A stretch of DNA of 32,455 nt, taken from IMG/VR virus record IMGVR_UViG_2531839532_000012, positions 1 through 32,455 of that record, one strand, 5' to 3'. Origin of the DNA: a virus (lineage: Duplodnaviria > Heunggongvirae > Uroviricota > Caudoviricetes). How positions within the stretch are numbered: the stretch's first letter is position 1; each line of letters begins with the position of its first letter. The position numbers were made by a program, and so were the translations under genes. The notes below the pieces were generated by a model. That model was not told the origin of the DNA, searched no databases, and saw nothing but the letters and a program-made list of their open reading frames with translations. Of the stretch, positions 17,791-26,176 are shown in pieces.

Positions 17791-18339
17791 GACGGTTTTT
17801 AGATCCCCGGAAGAGAATGCATCACGCATCGGTAGATAGAGCATATATTCAGCAAGATTTAGCCATACATCTACCCGACTGCAGCACGTCCGGAAACACC
17901 ACTCGGGGTGTGCATCATTCAACAGTTCAGCCATTTTGCGCTTGGTCATCCCCCTCCCTTCATAGCGTTGCCGGAGAATGCAAATCAATCCTGGATGCTC
18001 TGCCAGCACCTCACTTATGACTCGATCAATACATAACGCCTCTGCATCAGTACAATGCGCCAGCCAGCTCTTTTGCTTGCCGTTGATCATCTCTCTCAAA
18101 AACGCTTCCAGCTCAGCTTTCTCTATTCCCGCTTTTTTCATTCTGCGCAGGGCTTCATTGATGGCTGTTTTCGTCAATTTTTTGGATGCCAACAACTGAT
18201 TGAACATATTTCCTGACCTGCCACCGCCAATATACGACCAGCGCCCCCACATACGCAGTTTGCCCCGAATCCAGACACTTTCCAGCGTGGTGAGACGAAG
18301 GTGTTCTCCGCTTTTTCCTGTATTCGTTGGGTAAATCAC
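17785..18339 (-). CDS. Late-gene antiterminator Q (184 aa from GTG; longer 224-aa ATG-initiated frame also possible)
   Basis: Motif LRMWGRW near the N-terminus, position upstream of PR' and lysis genes. GTG 18339 has strong SD AAGGAGG and overlaps the upstream stop (GTGA). Confidence 0.55.
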   Translation of the reverse strand: MIYPTNTGKSGEHLRLTTLESVWIRGKLRMWGRWSYIGGGRSGNMFNQLLASKKLTKTAINEALRRMKKAGIEKAELEAFLREMINGKQKSWLAHCTDAEALCIDRVISEVLAEHPGLICILRQRYEGRGMTKRKMAELLNDAHPEWCFRTCCSRVDVWLNLAEYMLYLPMRDAFSSGDLKTVC

Positions 18340-18626
18340 AAATATCCCTCCTTTCTCCAGATTTCTTGTGTGCGAAAAACACCTTCTGCATGCATCAGGC
18401 GTAATTCTTCTTTGGTGTAATCGCTGGTTTTTACCCGCCCGTCGATTAAATCGTGGCATGAGCTACAGGCAATCGCTGCCTGCATATCGTGTGGTTTTGT
18501 CGCTGTTCCGCACGTCCCCGCCAGCCTGTAATGCGCCAGCACAGACGTTTCGGGATTGTGATTGCAGTAGCCAGGGATTCTGACCTGGCACATCTGGCCC
18601 CGCGCCGCTTTACGTAAATCCACCAT
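18336..18626 (-). CDS. Cys-rich nin-region protein (YbcO/DUF1364-like, 96 aa)
   Basis: MVDLRKAARGQMCQVRIPGYCNHNPETSVLAHYRLAGTCG...CSSCHDLIDG matches recalled DLP12 YbcO. ATG overlaps the upstream stop. Confidence 0.6.
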   Translation of the reverse strand: MVDLRKAARGQMCQVRIPGYCNHNPETSVLAHYRLAGTCGTATKPHDMQAAIACSSCHDLIDGRVKTSDYTKEELRLMHAEGVFRTQEIWRKEGYL

Positions 18627-19225
18627 TACGCAAACTCCAGCAGCTGCACGGCCACATTTTCGACTTCCTCCGGAGAGGAAAATTTACGGAACAGGATCCA
18701 GTTCCACAGCACATTCAGTACAGATTTATAAACCTGCTGAAACTCGGTTTCGTCCATGTTCGCAAATGCGATAGATTTTGCCCTGCGCCCACGACTACCA
18801 TCAGGATAAATATGCTCGGTGTAAAATCCGGCCTGAATGGTTACCCACTCGCGGAAAGCGTCAAACGACTTTAGCAATGCCGTATCCCGGGTTCTGCATG
18901 TCGCAACTGTATTAAGGTATTGCTCTGCGGCATCACTCAGGGCTGGAGTGTGTTCCCGACCTACTGATTCGCACAGGTAATCAACGAAGCCTGATACCAG
19001 TTTTCGTTCGCGAGGCGTGATCGCCCCACCGACCGGAGTCCAGTAATCGAATCCCAGTTGCAGGAGTTTGAAAAAACGCTTGTGAAATGCGTAGTTACGC
19101 ACACGCTTAAAGTCTGCGTGTATCCACTCCCCTATTTTGATTTGATGCAAAAAATCGCAACTCTCCGGCGTCGCCGGGAGAAGTAATCCGGAAGAGGTTT
19201 GTTTGACCAGTTGTATATGCGCCAT
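18626..19225 (-). CDS. nin-region protein (DUF1367-like, 199 aa)
   Basis: GGAG then ATG 19225. Family assignment from memory of lambdoid nin-region proteins. Confidence 0.55.
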   Translation of the reverse strand: MAHIQLVKQTSSGLLLPATPESCDFLHQIKIGEWIHADFKRVRNYAFHKRFFKLLQLGFDYWTPVGGAITPRERKLVSGFVDYLCESVGREHTPALSDAAEQYLNTVATCRTRDTALLKSFDAFREWVTIQAGFYTEHIYPDGSRGRRAKSIAFANMDETEFQQVYKSVLNVLWNWILFRKFSSPEEVENVAVQLLEFA

Positions 19226-19296
19226 CGTAGTTCTCCGCTGGCGCAGTAGAATGGGTGTTCAGCCCGTTATGTAGTATACCAGAATTAATGCCAATA

Positions 19297-19548
19297 CTAA
19301 CATGATGCTCTGACTCGCAATTCATCCAGCAGTTTATCATTTCCCATAATGTCACTTACCCTCATCGGTAAAAAAATTGCCTTTCGACCATTACGATACA
19401 TCATTGATTTTGGGGTTTCAGGGAAGTAATCCATTTCGACTATAACTGACAGGTCATCACGACGTATGACTGCGTATTTGCTACTAAATAGTCTCTTTAT
19501 TTTTTCCACGATGCTTCCAGGTTTATAAGTACAAACGGTTATATCCAC
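19297..19548 (-). CDS. Hypothetical ORF (83 aa, GTG start; 45 aa if ATG 19434)
   Basis: Open frame without convincing SD. Low confidence. Confidence 0.3.
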   Translation of the reverse strand: MDITVCTYKPGSIVEKIKRLFSSKYAVIRRDDLSVIVEMDYFPETPKSMMYRNGRKAIFLPMRVSDIMGNDKLLDELRVRASC

Positions 19549-19690
19549 ATAGAGACAAAAATATTAATCTGAAAAATATTTATTTCACGCCGTATATTTG
19601 ATTGTTTAATGTGCAGGTACAATGACTTTTATTTTTTGTTGTGTATATAATCAAATATATGGTTATTTTTCACCCTGCGCATTCAGCGCG

Positions 19691-19717
19691 CAACAAAAAA
19701 CCCGCCGAAGCGGGTTT
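19691..19717 (-). terminator. Terminator at the 3' end of hok mRNA (AAACCCGC-ttcg-GCGGGTTT + U-run)
   Basis: Perfect hairpin with TTCG loop followed by TTTTTTG on the minus strand, about 70 nt past the hok stop. Confidence 0.5.
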
Positions 19718-19784
19718 AGTGCGGGTGCGTTGAGGATGCCTGACACATGAGAGGTGGCGAGGGATTTCTCCCCCGCCTGGTCTC

Positions 19785-19940
19785 TTACTCCTCAGATTCG
19801 TAAGCTGTGAAGACAGCAACCTCCGTCTGGCCGGTACGGATTCGTACCTCGCAGAGGTCTTTCCTCGTTACCAGTGCCGTCACTATGACGGTTAAACAGA
19901 TGACGATCAGGGCGATTAACATCGCCTTTTGCTGCTTCAT
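19785..19940 (-). CDS. hok: Hok/Gef-family type I toxin (51 aa)
   Basis: MKQQKAMLIALIVICLTVIVTALVTRKDLCEVRIRTGQTEVAVFTAYESEE, near-identical to recalled HokD/RelF. SD GGAGAAG. Confidence 0.85.
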   Translation of the reverse strand: MKQQKAMLIALIVICLTVIVTALVTRKDLCEVRIRTGQTEVAVFTAYESEE

Positions 19941-19996
19941 AGCCTGCTTCTCCTTGACCTTTCGGTCCGTAAGAGGCTAATCTCTATGTGTCGCAT
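19937..19996 (-). CDS. mok-like leader ORF (19 aa) whose stop overlaps the hok start
   Basis: ATG 19996, stop TGA overlapping hok ATG (ATGA). Analogous to mok coupling in hok/sok loci. Confidence 0.4.
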   Translation of the reverse strand: MRHIEISLLRTERSRRSRL

Positions 19997-20055
19997 AGAT
20001 ATGGCCTCAGATTAATGTTAAGCGTCTTGCAGGACGCGTAATGTTAACTGGGGCT
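19954..20055 (+). ncRNA. sok: Candidate Sok antisense RNA with promoter (TTGACC-N18-TAATCT), antisense to the hok leader
   Basis: Strong promoter hexamers on the plus strand opposite the hok translation-initiation region. RNA ends are inferred. Confidence 0.4.
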
Positions 20056-20150
20056 TTTCTCTATCTGCCGTTGGTGTTCATGCCCGAGGCAGATAGCCTC
20101 AAGCACCCGCAGCAATTCTACTTAACTCCCGTCACCTCGCCAATATGAAA

Positions 20151-20240
20151 TCAATCAGAAAGGCGATCCATAAGAACAACAGCAAGACAATAAATTGCCA
20201 TTACAGCCGCAATAGCCAGCGCACATTTCAGAACCAGCAC
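20151..20240 (-). CDS. Candidate small hydrophobic peptide (29 aa, GTG start)
   Basis: GGAGG 5 nt before GTG. MLVLKCALAIAAVMAIYCLAVVLMDRLSD is a single TM helix. Lies just upstream of the hok locus. Confidence 0.25.
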   Translation of the reverse strand: MLVLKCALAIAAVMAIYCLAVVLMDRLSD

Positions 20241-20401
20241 GATGACCTCCCATATTTGACGTACACGCGCATGATTCAATATGCAGCAACCTATTTCCTG
20301 CTTCAATATAAAATCAGGTATTGTTGTATAACTATTTAACTAACTCCCTATCCCCACATCTCAGGCGCTCAACGTCTGTGTGCGGGGCGTTTTTTAATAC
20401 C

Positions 20402-20485
20402 TTACCCCCAGCGGCAAATCGCATACACCACCAGCGCCACCGCCATTGCAATTCCTACCGTTGTGAATGCTTCAGGCCATGTCAT
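20402..20485 (-). CDS. Candidate small hydrophobic peptide (27 aa)
   Basis: GGAGG 10 nt before ATG. MTWPEAFTTVGIAMAVALVVYAICRWG. Confidence 0.25.
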   Translation of the reverse strand: MTWPEAFTTVGIAMAVALVVYAICRWG

Positions 20486-20606
20486 CGTAAAACATCCTCC
20501 ACACCAACCAGTCCGTTCTGCTTCAGATATTCCATCGCATTATCAGGTAGATTGCTTGATTTATTGACGCTTTTTAACGAACTGGCTAATCGCTTAACCA
20601 ACATTG

Positions 20607-21017
20607 TTAATTCGTTAACCTGTTTTCCGGATGCTTGTGGATTGTCAGTTTACCAGAAGTGGCGGTACAGTCGGCGTTCCCACTCTTATCCTCCTGCGAC
20701 GGTTTTGCTGCCAACTGACTGGCATATTTGTTAATGGTAACGATAAGCTCTTGCTCGGCCTCATCCAGACAATCACCGATACCTCGCCTGTCACCGTCAA
20801 AATCATCGAAATCGGCACGAATCCTGGCAACCTCCCGGATTGCGGACAACACTTCACCAGGAATAAGCGGAGAGTTGCCCGATAGTGCATTCTGCTCCAG
20901 TGATGCCAGTGCAATCCGTGCCAGCTCACGAATCTCACCGCCGTCTATATCGTCAATGTCATCACGGCCAGAAATGTTAGCCAGCCATTGCAGTCGCTCT
21001 TTGGTAATAGTGGTCAT
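20607..21017 (-). CDS. Hypothetical acidic phage early protein (136 aa)
   Basis: GGAG 7 nt before ATG 21017. Confidence 0.5.
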   Translation of the reverse strand: MTTITKERLQWLANISGRDDIDDIDGGEIRELARIALASLEQNALSGNSPLIPGEVLSAIREVARIRADFDDFDGDRRGIGDCLDEAEQELIVTINKYASQLAAKPSQEDKSGNADCTATSGKLTIHKHPENRLTN

Positions 21018-21027
21018 GTGTTACTCC

Positions 21028-21291
21028 TTAACCCGCTGTGCTTTCAACTGACGAGGGGAACAAAATCTTTTCTTCAAATCCGGCATTCATATCATGGACA
21101 GCAACACACCAATCCATTGACGAACGATTATCAAGAGCCTCCATGATTTCATCCATGCGGCGTAGGTCATACAGGTAAATGTTTTTATCGCCAATGGTGT
21201 AAAAACCAATTTTTTTCGGTGACGGGCAGCGATCAAGAACGTTCTGTAATTCGCTCAACCATGCCTGTTCCTTTTTTGTCAAAGTTGCCAT
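21028..21291 (-). CDS. Hypothetical phage early protein (87 aa)
   Basis: AGGAG 7 nt before ATG 21291 (MATLTKKEQAWLSELQ...). Confidence 0.55.
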   Translation of the reverse strand: MATLTKKEQAWLSELQNVLDRCPSPKKIGFYTIGDKNIYLYDLRRMDEIMEALDNRSSMDWCVAVHDMNAGFEEKILFPSSVESTAG

Positions 21292-21348
21292 ATCACTCTC
21301 CTTTGATGCGAATGCCAGCGGCAATTGAAGCCTGATAGTTAATCTCGC

Positions 21349-21639
21349 TCACTGCGCCACCTCCTGAAAAATCACCTGATGCCCCAGTTTCTCCGCCAGC
21401 GCCAGTTCCGCCCTCGCCCCCGCTGACTGGTACCAGTTTCTCAGCATGTAAACCGCCTCCACGCTGCGAATCATCGCCATGCAGATATCCATGTAGTGCG
21501 ACTGTGTCAGCCCGTCCGGGAGCACTGCCGGGTTTAAGACGGTGTGCCCTTCCCGTTTCAGTTCCTCTTCCGCCTTGTGAAATGCTTCACGGTTAAAGTT
21601 TTCATAACCGGTCATCGGCCCTGCGACATAAACCTTCAT
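21349..21639 (-). CDS. DUF4406-like protein (nucleoside 2-deoxyribosyltransferase-like fold, 96 aa)
   Basis: MKVYVAGPMTGYENFNREAFHKAEEELKREGHTVLNP motif. ATG overlaps the upstream stop. Confidence 0.6.
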   Translation of the reverse strand: MKVYVAGPMTGYENFNREAFHKAEEELKREGHTVLNPAVLPDGLTQSHYMDICMAMIRSVEAVYMLRNWYQSAGARAELALAEKLGHQVIFQEVAQ

Positions 21640-22061
21640 ATCGTTTTTACTGACCCTTTATTGCCCCTGTAAAACATCAAAACTCGCTGCATAACATCGC
21701 TATTCCGGCACTCGCTACAGATTATGTTCTGACGCCTGTCGTAGCGGCGTATTTCTCCGTCTGGTAATGACCAGATAAGGTCCGGATCAACTACAGATGG
21801 TTTCTTCAGATTTGCCCTTGAGAGTTTTTTACGGGCGTTTTGCCAGTCCTTACGCGCCTGTTCAGACGGGAATAACCCGTAACCAGAGTTGTATACATCG
21901 CCACTGGCAACCAACTCTCTGGCGAGAACACTCATCAGATATCTTGTCGTACCTGTCTTGGCTTCCAGTTGCCGTAACGTCTCGCGACCGCTCAGACGTA
22001 CAAGTTCAACAACCTGCCCTTTAATTTTTTCCCGCTCTTCTGGTGTAAATACTTTTGCCAT
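21636..22061 (-). CDS. Hypothetical phage early protein (141 aa)
   Basis: GGAGG 5 nt before ATG 22061 (MAKVFTPEEREKIKGQ...). Confidence 0.55.
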   Translation of the reverse strand: MAKVFTPEEREKIKGQVVELVRLSGRETLRQLEAKTGTTRYLMSVLARELVASGDVYNSGYGLFPSEQARKDWQNARKKLSRANLKKPSVVDPDLIWSLPDGEIRRYDRRQNIICSECRNSDVMQRVLMFYRGNKGSVKTI

Positions 22062-22076
22062 AAGCGCCTCCGGCAA

Positions 22077-22838
22077 TCACTTTTCCGATGCAACACAGCG
22101 AGAAGAATCAGTAATCTGTCGAACAATATCCCGGTGCTTGTTCAGTTCCCGCAGCGCAGCACAGACTCGTTCCCACTTCTGGACATGACTTTTCGCCCGA
22201 CGCAGTTCGCGGTTTGCCATATGCAGCGATGGTAAAACCAGGTCATCCGCTCGCGTTTCAGTAAACGATGGCAGCGACTGCACAATGTCCGCCACAGTTT
22301 CTGTTTTAATATCTTCCTGTGTTGCAGCCTCACGTACTGGTAACGCAACACCTGCGGGCTGAGGAAAGGCCTTACCATCAGTTTCCGCTACCGATGCTGC
22401 TTTCGGCTCTGCTGGTAAATTATCGCCCGGTATGCAGTAACGAAATTTACCGCCCTGATTTACGCGAATCAGACGACCTTTGCTGATTGCCATTGCCAGC
22501 GTTGAAGCCACTTTGCGTGATGTGGTACCAAACAATGTAGCCAGCTCATCAGCCGTTTGTGGTCCGCGTTGTTCAATCGTCGCGGTTAAATCGCACTCTG
22601 AGATTTTCGCTACTGTTGCTGTGGTGGTTTCTTCCGGCAGTTCTGCCTGCGCTGGCTGTTCCTGCTGAACGTTGTTATCAGCCACACGCCAGGTGTACGC
22701 GCTTTTATCAACAAAACCAGCCTTTTTCAGTTCCCATAGTTCGTTCAGCACTTCTTCACGACTGATATCAAGTCGCGCAGCCAGTTCTACCGACGTGGCT
22801 TTTCCCATTGCTTTCAGTGCGTCAAAAACAGTCTCCAT
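22077..22838 (-). CDS. Winged-helix-like phage protein (253 aa)
   Basis: GGGAGG 8 nt before ATG 22838 ([43 protein letters not shown]). Confidence 0.5.
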   Translation of the reverse strand: METVFDALKAMGKATSVELAARLDISREEVLNELWELKKAGFVDKSAYTWRVADNNVQQEQPAQAELPEETTTATVAKISECDLTATIEQRGPQTADELATLFGTTSRKVASTLAMAISKGRLIRVNQGGKFRYCIPGDNLPAEPKAASVAETDGKAFPQPAGVALPVREAATQEDIKTETVADIVQSLPSFTETRADDLVLPSLHMANRELRRAKSHVQKWERVCAALRELNKHRDIVRQITDSSRCVASEK

Positions 22839-22860
22839 TAAAATTTCCTCCCGGTAAAAA

Positions 22861-23607
22861 TCACTTCGCAATTCCTGGCTGGACGACATTCGGACGCCAG
22901 CTCTCCCAGTTAAAATTCCCCCATCGCCCGCCGTTCATGGTCATGCGATCCATAATCCTCTCGCCGAGCAATGTTTTCATGGCCTCATAGTTCAGGTTTG
23001 TCAGCATCCCCACGCTGCGCATCGACGCTGTCCGGCGATCAACAATCTGGTGCAGCACCACCTGCTCGTTTTTTGTCTCGCGCTGAATGCCAATTTCATC
23101 AAGAACCAGCAGATCCACTTCGCACAGCTCCCGCAAAAATTTTTCGCCTGACTGCCCGTCGTCATAGCTGGCGTGCAGGGCGCTCATAACATCAGCCACG
23201 GTAACCACAATCACTGTCTGACCGTCTTTCAGCAGGCGATTCCCGATAGCTGCCGCTAAGTGATTCTTCCCGGTACCAGGTTTTCCGCTGAACGCAAAAT
23301 TTGTACACCCGGTCATCAGTTCATCGGTGATGGATTTCGCCTGGCTTAACGCGTATCGCTGGCCGTCGTTCTGCACCTGGTAATTCGCAAACGAGCATTT
23401 ACGGTGCAACGGCTGGATGCCAGAGCGATTCAGAATTTTTTCCACCCGCAACTGACGATTCAGGCGGTTGATCTCCTCGCAACGTTTCTGGCCTTCAGCA
23501 AGTTGCCACTCACGCCACTCCGCAACCGTTCTGAATGGGGCGGTTACATGTGGTGGGGTCAGTCTGCGGATACGCTCCAGAACGCCGCCTGTCGCAATAT
23601 TTTTCAT
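22861..23607 (-). CDS. DnaC/IstB-like helicase-loader ATPase (replication protein, 248 aa)
   Basis: Walker [16 protein letters not shown] and Walker B LLVLDEIG. Immediately downstream of the O-like gene. Confidence 0.8.
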   Translation of the reverse strand: MKNIATGGVLERIRRLTPPHVTAPFRTVAEWREWQLAEGQKRCEEINRLNRQLRVEKILNRSGIQPLHRKCSFANYQVQNDGQRYALSQAKSITDELMTGCTNFAFSGKPGTGKNHLAAAIGNRLLKDGQTVIVVTVADVMSALHASYDDGQSGEKFLRELCEVDLLVLDEIGIQRETKNEQVVLHQIVDRRTASMRSVGMLTNLNYEAMKTLLGERIMDRMTMNGGRWGNFNWESWRPNVVQPGIAK

Positions 23608-23613
23608 GGTCTG

Positions 23614-24402
23614 TTACCCCCTGAAGCCTGGCGGGATCGCACTGTCCGGCAACGAGACGGTGTTAACCTGTCGGAGCAACGTCTCAGGCCGAACACCTTT
23701 CGGTGCGAACAAGCCCTGGTATTCATTGGCGATGCTGTGTCGAATCACCTGCTCAGGTGTAAAACCCTGCTGACGGAATTTTTCCAGTTCCCGTATCGCC
23801 CCGTTAGCGCCCTGCTCCGTTCGAATCGGTTTTCGCAATGCCTGTCTGAACCGGACCCACTCATGCCAGAGTGTTTCCGGCAACCAATCAGGCAGCTCAA
23901 TAGCCTCCGGCTCGAATTTTTTAGACGCTCGTTTTTGGCGAGGGGGATTTAGGGGGAGATCAGTATTTAGATCTTCCTCTTCCTCTTCCTCTGGTAACGC
24001 TTTTTGATCCGTTTGTGTAACGCTGGCAGCGTTACCTTTTCGTTTCAGTTCGCGTATTTTTGTAACTCGCTCGTTTGTAACCGCCCGTTTTTTAGAGCTT
24101 TTTCCGTTATGACGTTCAAAGTTAGGTAGAGAAAGCCCAACGTCATTTTCGACCAGCCATCCAACCTGAATTAACGCATCAGCAAACCCAGCCATAAAAG
24201 TGATGCGATCTATTGCACTTTTTGTAACGCCGCGAGCGTTACAATCTGCATTACCGTCTATCATTTGTTGATCCGCCCATGCCCAGAAGCGAATAACCTT
24301 CCCTAATGCGGCATCTGGATCAATATTCAGAATCTCAGCAAGCCTGAATATTTCCGGCTTATCCGGCGTAATAACCTCGAGCTTTATCCAGTTTGAAGCC
24401 AT
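23614..24402 (-). CDS. Replication initiator / replisome organiser (lambda O-like N-terminal domain, 262 aa)
   Basis: Position between the cro-side genes and the DnaC-like gene. Acidic linker EEEEEED. Palindromic repeats inside its 5' half. Confidence 0.65.
   Translation of the reverse strand: MASNWIKLEVITPDKPEIFRLAEILNIDPDAALGKVIRFWAWADQQMIDGNADCNARGVTKSAIDRITFMAGFADALIQVGWLVENDVGLSLPNFERHNGKSSKKRAVTNERVTKIRELKRKGNAASVTQTDQKALPEEEEEEDLNTDLPLNPPRQKRASKKFEPEAIELPDWLPETLWHEWVRFRQALRKPIRTEQGANGAIRELEKFRQQGFTPEQVIRHSIANEYQGLFAPKGVRPETLLRQVNTVSLPDSAIPPGFRG
24016..24036. repeat. Palindrome TGTAACGC-N5-GCGTTACC (candidate ori iteron 1)
   Basis: Read directly. Inside the O-like gene. Confidence 0.55.
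24223..24243. repeat. Palindrome TGTAACGC-N5-GCGTTACA (candidate ori iteron 2)
   Basis: Read directly. Inside the O-like gene. Confidence 0.55.
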
Positions 24403-24414
24403 TTGTTTTCACCT

Positions 24415-24435
24415 TGTAACGCTCGCAGCGTTACA
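24415..24435. repeat. Palindrome TGTAACGC-N5-GCGTTACA (candidate ori iteron 3)
   Basis: Read directly. In the intergenic region upstream of the O-like gene. Confidence 0.55.
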
Positions 24436-24479
24436 TTTAACTGATACCGAACAAAACAATCCGGCACGATTAATTTCAA

Positions 24480-24902
24480 TCAATGCACTACGACAGAATC
24501 GCCGGGCGACCCACCACCGCTGAAATGTGCTTTCCGGTAAACGGCCTGGACTGCATCATCATGCGCATCAATTGCCGTACTCAACGCTTCCTGCGCCGCC
24601 AGTAATGCACGGCGCTCCAGGGTATCGAAGATGCAGATTCGGTGACGCAGCTCGCGCGGAAGAATTGCCAGAACCGCAGGGATCAGTTTCTGAATTTTTT
24701 CCCTTTGCGCTTTCGTTTCACCTTTCAACCAACGGTGATAGATATTCTGCTGATTGTTCCAGTCCTTGCCTGGTACAAGGGGCAATTCGCCTCCCCCCTG
24801 GCGCAGATATTCTTCAGTAATTGCGTTAGCGACCCACGCCTGCCCTTTTTCGGCTGCCAGGGCTAACAACACTGATTCGATGTGCTCATGCCTGATTTTC
24901 AT
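24480..24902 (-). CDS. ydaT: YdaT-like protein (140 aa), CII-position regulator
   Basis: MKIRHEHIESVLLALAAEKGQAWVANAITEEYLRQGGGELPLVPG matches recalled Rac YdaT. ATG overlaps the cro-like stop. Confidence 0.65.
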   Translation of the reverse strand: MKIRHEHIESVLLALAAEKGQAWVANAITEEYLRQGGGELPLVPGKDWNNQQNIYHRWLKGETKAQREKIQKLIPAVLAILPRELRHRICIFDTLERRALLAAQEALSTAIDAHDDAVQAVYRKAHFSGGGSPGDSVVVH

Positions 24903-25141
24903 GAATCAACCGCTCCTATGCTGTTTTCGCTATGCTTACCGCCTGGGGGGAATACATCGTCAAGTCCACAATGAGCGCCAAGCCGATTAAGGGTAGAAAC
25001 AATTTTTCTGCACTCCTCTAGTCCAGGGGTACGAAAATTTGCTTCGTAATTTGCCAGTCGGCTTTGTATCCACCCTAACTGAACAGCAAGTTGTCTTTGA
25101 GACAGCCCAAGCTGTTTTCGATATGTTGAAATTTTGTTCAT
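24899..25141 (-). CDS. Cro-like HTH regulator (XRE family, 80 aa)
   Basis: HTH QLGLSQRQLAVQLGWIQSRLANYE. Divergent from the repressor gene across an operator-containing intergenic region. Confidence 0.7.
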   Translation of the reverse strand: MNKISTYRKQLGLSQRQLAVQLGWIQSRLANYEANFRTPGLEECRKIVSTLNRLGAHCGLDDVFPPGGKHSENSIGAVDS

Positions 25142-25165
25142 TGAAAACCTCCGATGACAATTTTA

Positions 25166-25180
25166 AACACATCTTGTGTT
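25166..25180. promoter_or_regulatory. Operator palindrome AACACATCTTGTGTT in the cro/cI intergenic region
   Basis: Dyad with CAC-N5-GTG half-sites, within the spacer of a candidate minus-strand promoter (TTGACC at 25185-25190). Confidence 0.5.
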
Positions 25181-25211
25181 ATATGGTCAAGCTGTTTTGT
25201 GTTTTATGTAA

Positions 25212-25226
25212 ATCACGATTCGTGAT
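25212..25226. promoter_or_regulatory. Operator palindrome ATCACGATTCGTGAT upstream of the repressor gene
   Basis: Perfect 7-bp arms, 12 bp upstream of the repressor ATG. Confidence 0.5.
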
Positions 25227-25237
25227 ACAAGGATGCA

Positions 25238-25657
25238 ATGGAAAAAGAAAACGAAAAAATTGCCGCTAGTAGGCTCAATGACAAAATTGCAATGCGTCTT
25301 AAAGAGCGCAGGCAGAAGCTTGGTTTATCTCAAGGAAAACTTGCTGAAATCTGCGGATGGACGCAATCGCGTATAGGTAACTATGAGGCGGGCAGCAGAA
25401 ATGTTGGAGTGCATGACGCTGTCGTATTGGGAAAGGCTCTTGGCATATCTCCTCCTGAGCTCCTCTTTGGAGAACAGGAATCTTCTGAATTGTGGTTAAA
25501 TGAATCCCAACGAAAACTTCTTGAGTTGTTTAACCAGCTACCGGGCTCAGAACAACAACGAATGATTGAGCTATTTGAAGTCCGGCTAAAAGAAATCGAT
25601 GAGTATGTAGAAAAATATTTGAGAGGCAGGCTTAAAGATAATCCCCCACCGGAGTAA
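25238..25657 (+). CDS. CI-type prophage repressor (DicA-like, XRE HTH, 139 aa)
   Basis: HTH LGLSQGKLAEICGWTQSRIGNYE. C-terminal ...LLELFNQLPGSEQQRMIELFE resembles DicA. AAGGA upstream of the ATG. Confidence 0.8.
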   Translation: MEKENEKIAASRLNDKIAMRLKERRQKLGLSQGKLAEICGWTQSRIGNYEAGSRNVGVHDAVVLGKALGISPPELLFGEQESSELWLNESQRKLLELFNQLPGSEQQRMIELFEVRLKEIDEYVEKYLRGRLKDNPPPE

Positions 25658-25687
25658 TGATCTTGCTATCACAGTAATATGCCAATC

Positions 25688-25712
25688 AGCCCGCTATCAG
25701 CGGGCTTTTTTT
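25688..25712 (+). terminator. Rho-independent terminator after the repressor gene
   Basis: AGCCCGCT-atc-AGCGGGCT followed by TTTTTTT. Confidence 0.6.
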
Positions 25713-25741
25713 GTACCATCATCATATGACACCCACCACAA

Positions 25742-25783
25742 AACACATTTCGTGTTGACACAAGAAAACACATTGTGTTTAAT
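25742..25783 (+). promoter_or_regulatory. PL-like early promoter (TTGACA-N17-TTTAAT) overlapped by operator palindromes
   Basis: Palindromes AACACATTTCGTGTT (25742-25756) and AACACATTGTGTT (25767-25779) overlap the -35 and spacer. Points toward kilR-recET. Confidence 0.5.
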
Positions 25784-25957
25784 AAGCATATCCAAACAAC
25801 GCCCCACCAGAGAACGGCAGGACAATACCTCGAGTTATCCAGCCACTGAACAGGGCTAAGTAGCCAGCCTGAGGCATACGAACATGACGGCAGTTGTTGA
25901 TTGATACAAAGCGCAGTAGATAAAACGTTCCGCCACCCGGCGTTAAGGGGAAAAAAG

Positions 25958-26176
25958 ATGGTTGGTGAAGATCTGGTTGTTATTAACGGTCAATTGTGCA
26001 GCAAAGATGTGGCAGCCATGCTTATTAGCAAGGTTCTTCCAACTGTGCTGGATGTCATTGCAGAAAAAGTAAAGGCTGGTCGTCCAGACAAGGAAGTTGA
26101 AGAGGCGGCAAAAACAGTTGTTCATGCCGCTACAGAAGCAATTATTTTGAAGAGCCTAGTTTCGCCCAAGCCTTAA
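25958..26176 (+). CDS. Hypothetical small early protein (72 aa)
   Basis: GGGG then ATG 25958. First ORF downstream of the PL-like promoter. Confidence 0.4.
   Translation: MVGEDLVVINGQLCSKDVAAMLISKVLPTVLDVIAEKVKAGRPDKEVEEAAKTVVHAATEAIILKSLVSPKP

Noticed and set aside
17785-18459. 224-aa Q frame starting at ATG 18459
   Set aside because: Overlaps the upstream YbcO-like gene by 124 nt with a junk-like Arg-rich extension. GTG 18339 with strong SD and GTGA coupling is preferred, though not excluded.
19107-19355. ORF 19107..19355(-)
   Set aside because: GTG start, overlaps the 3' half of the DUF1367-like gene in another frame, no SD.
20145-20734. Plus-strand ORFs 20145..20339 and 20321..20734
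   Set aside because: TTG-initiated or SD-less frames overlapping minus-strand small ORFs and the 20607..21017 gene. Composition not protein-like.
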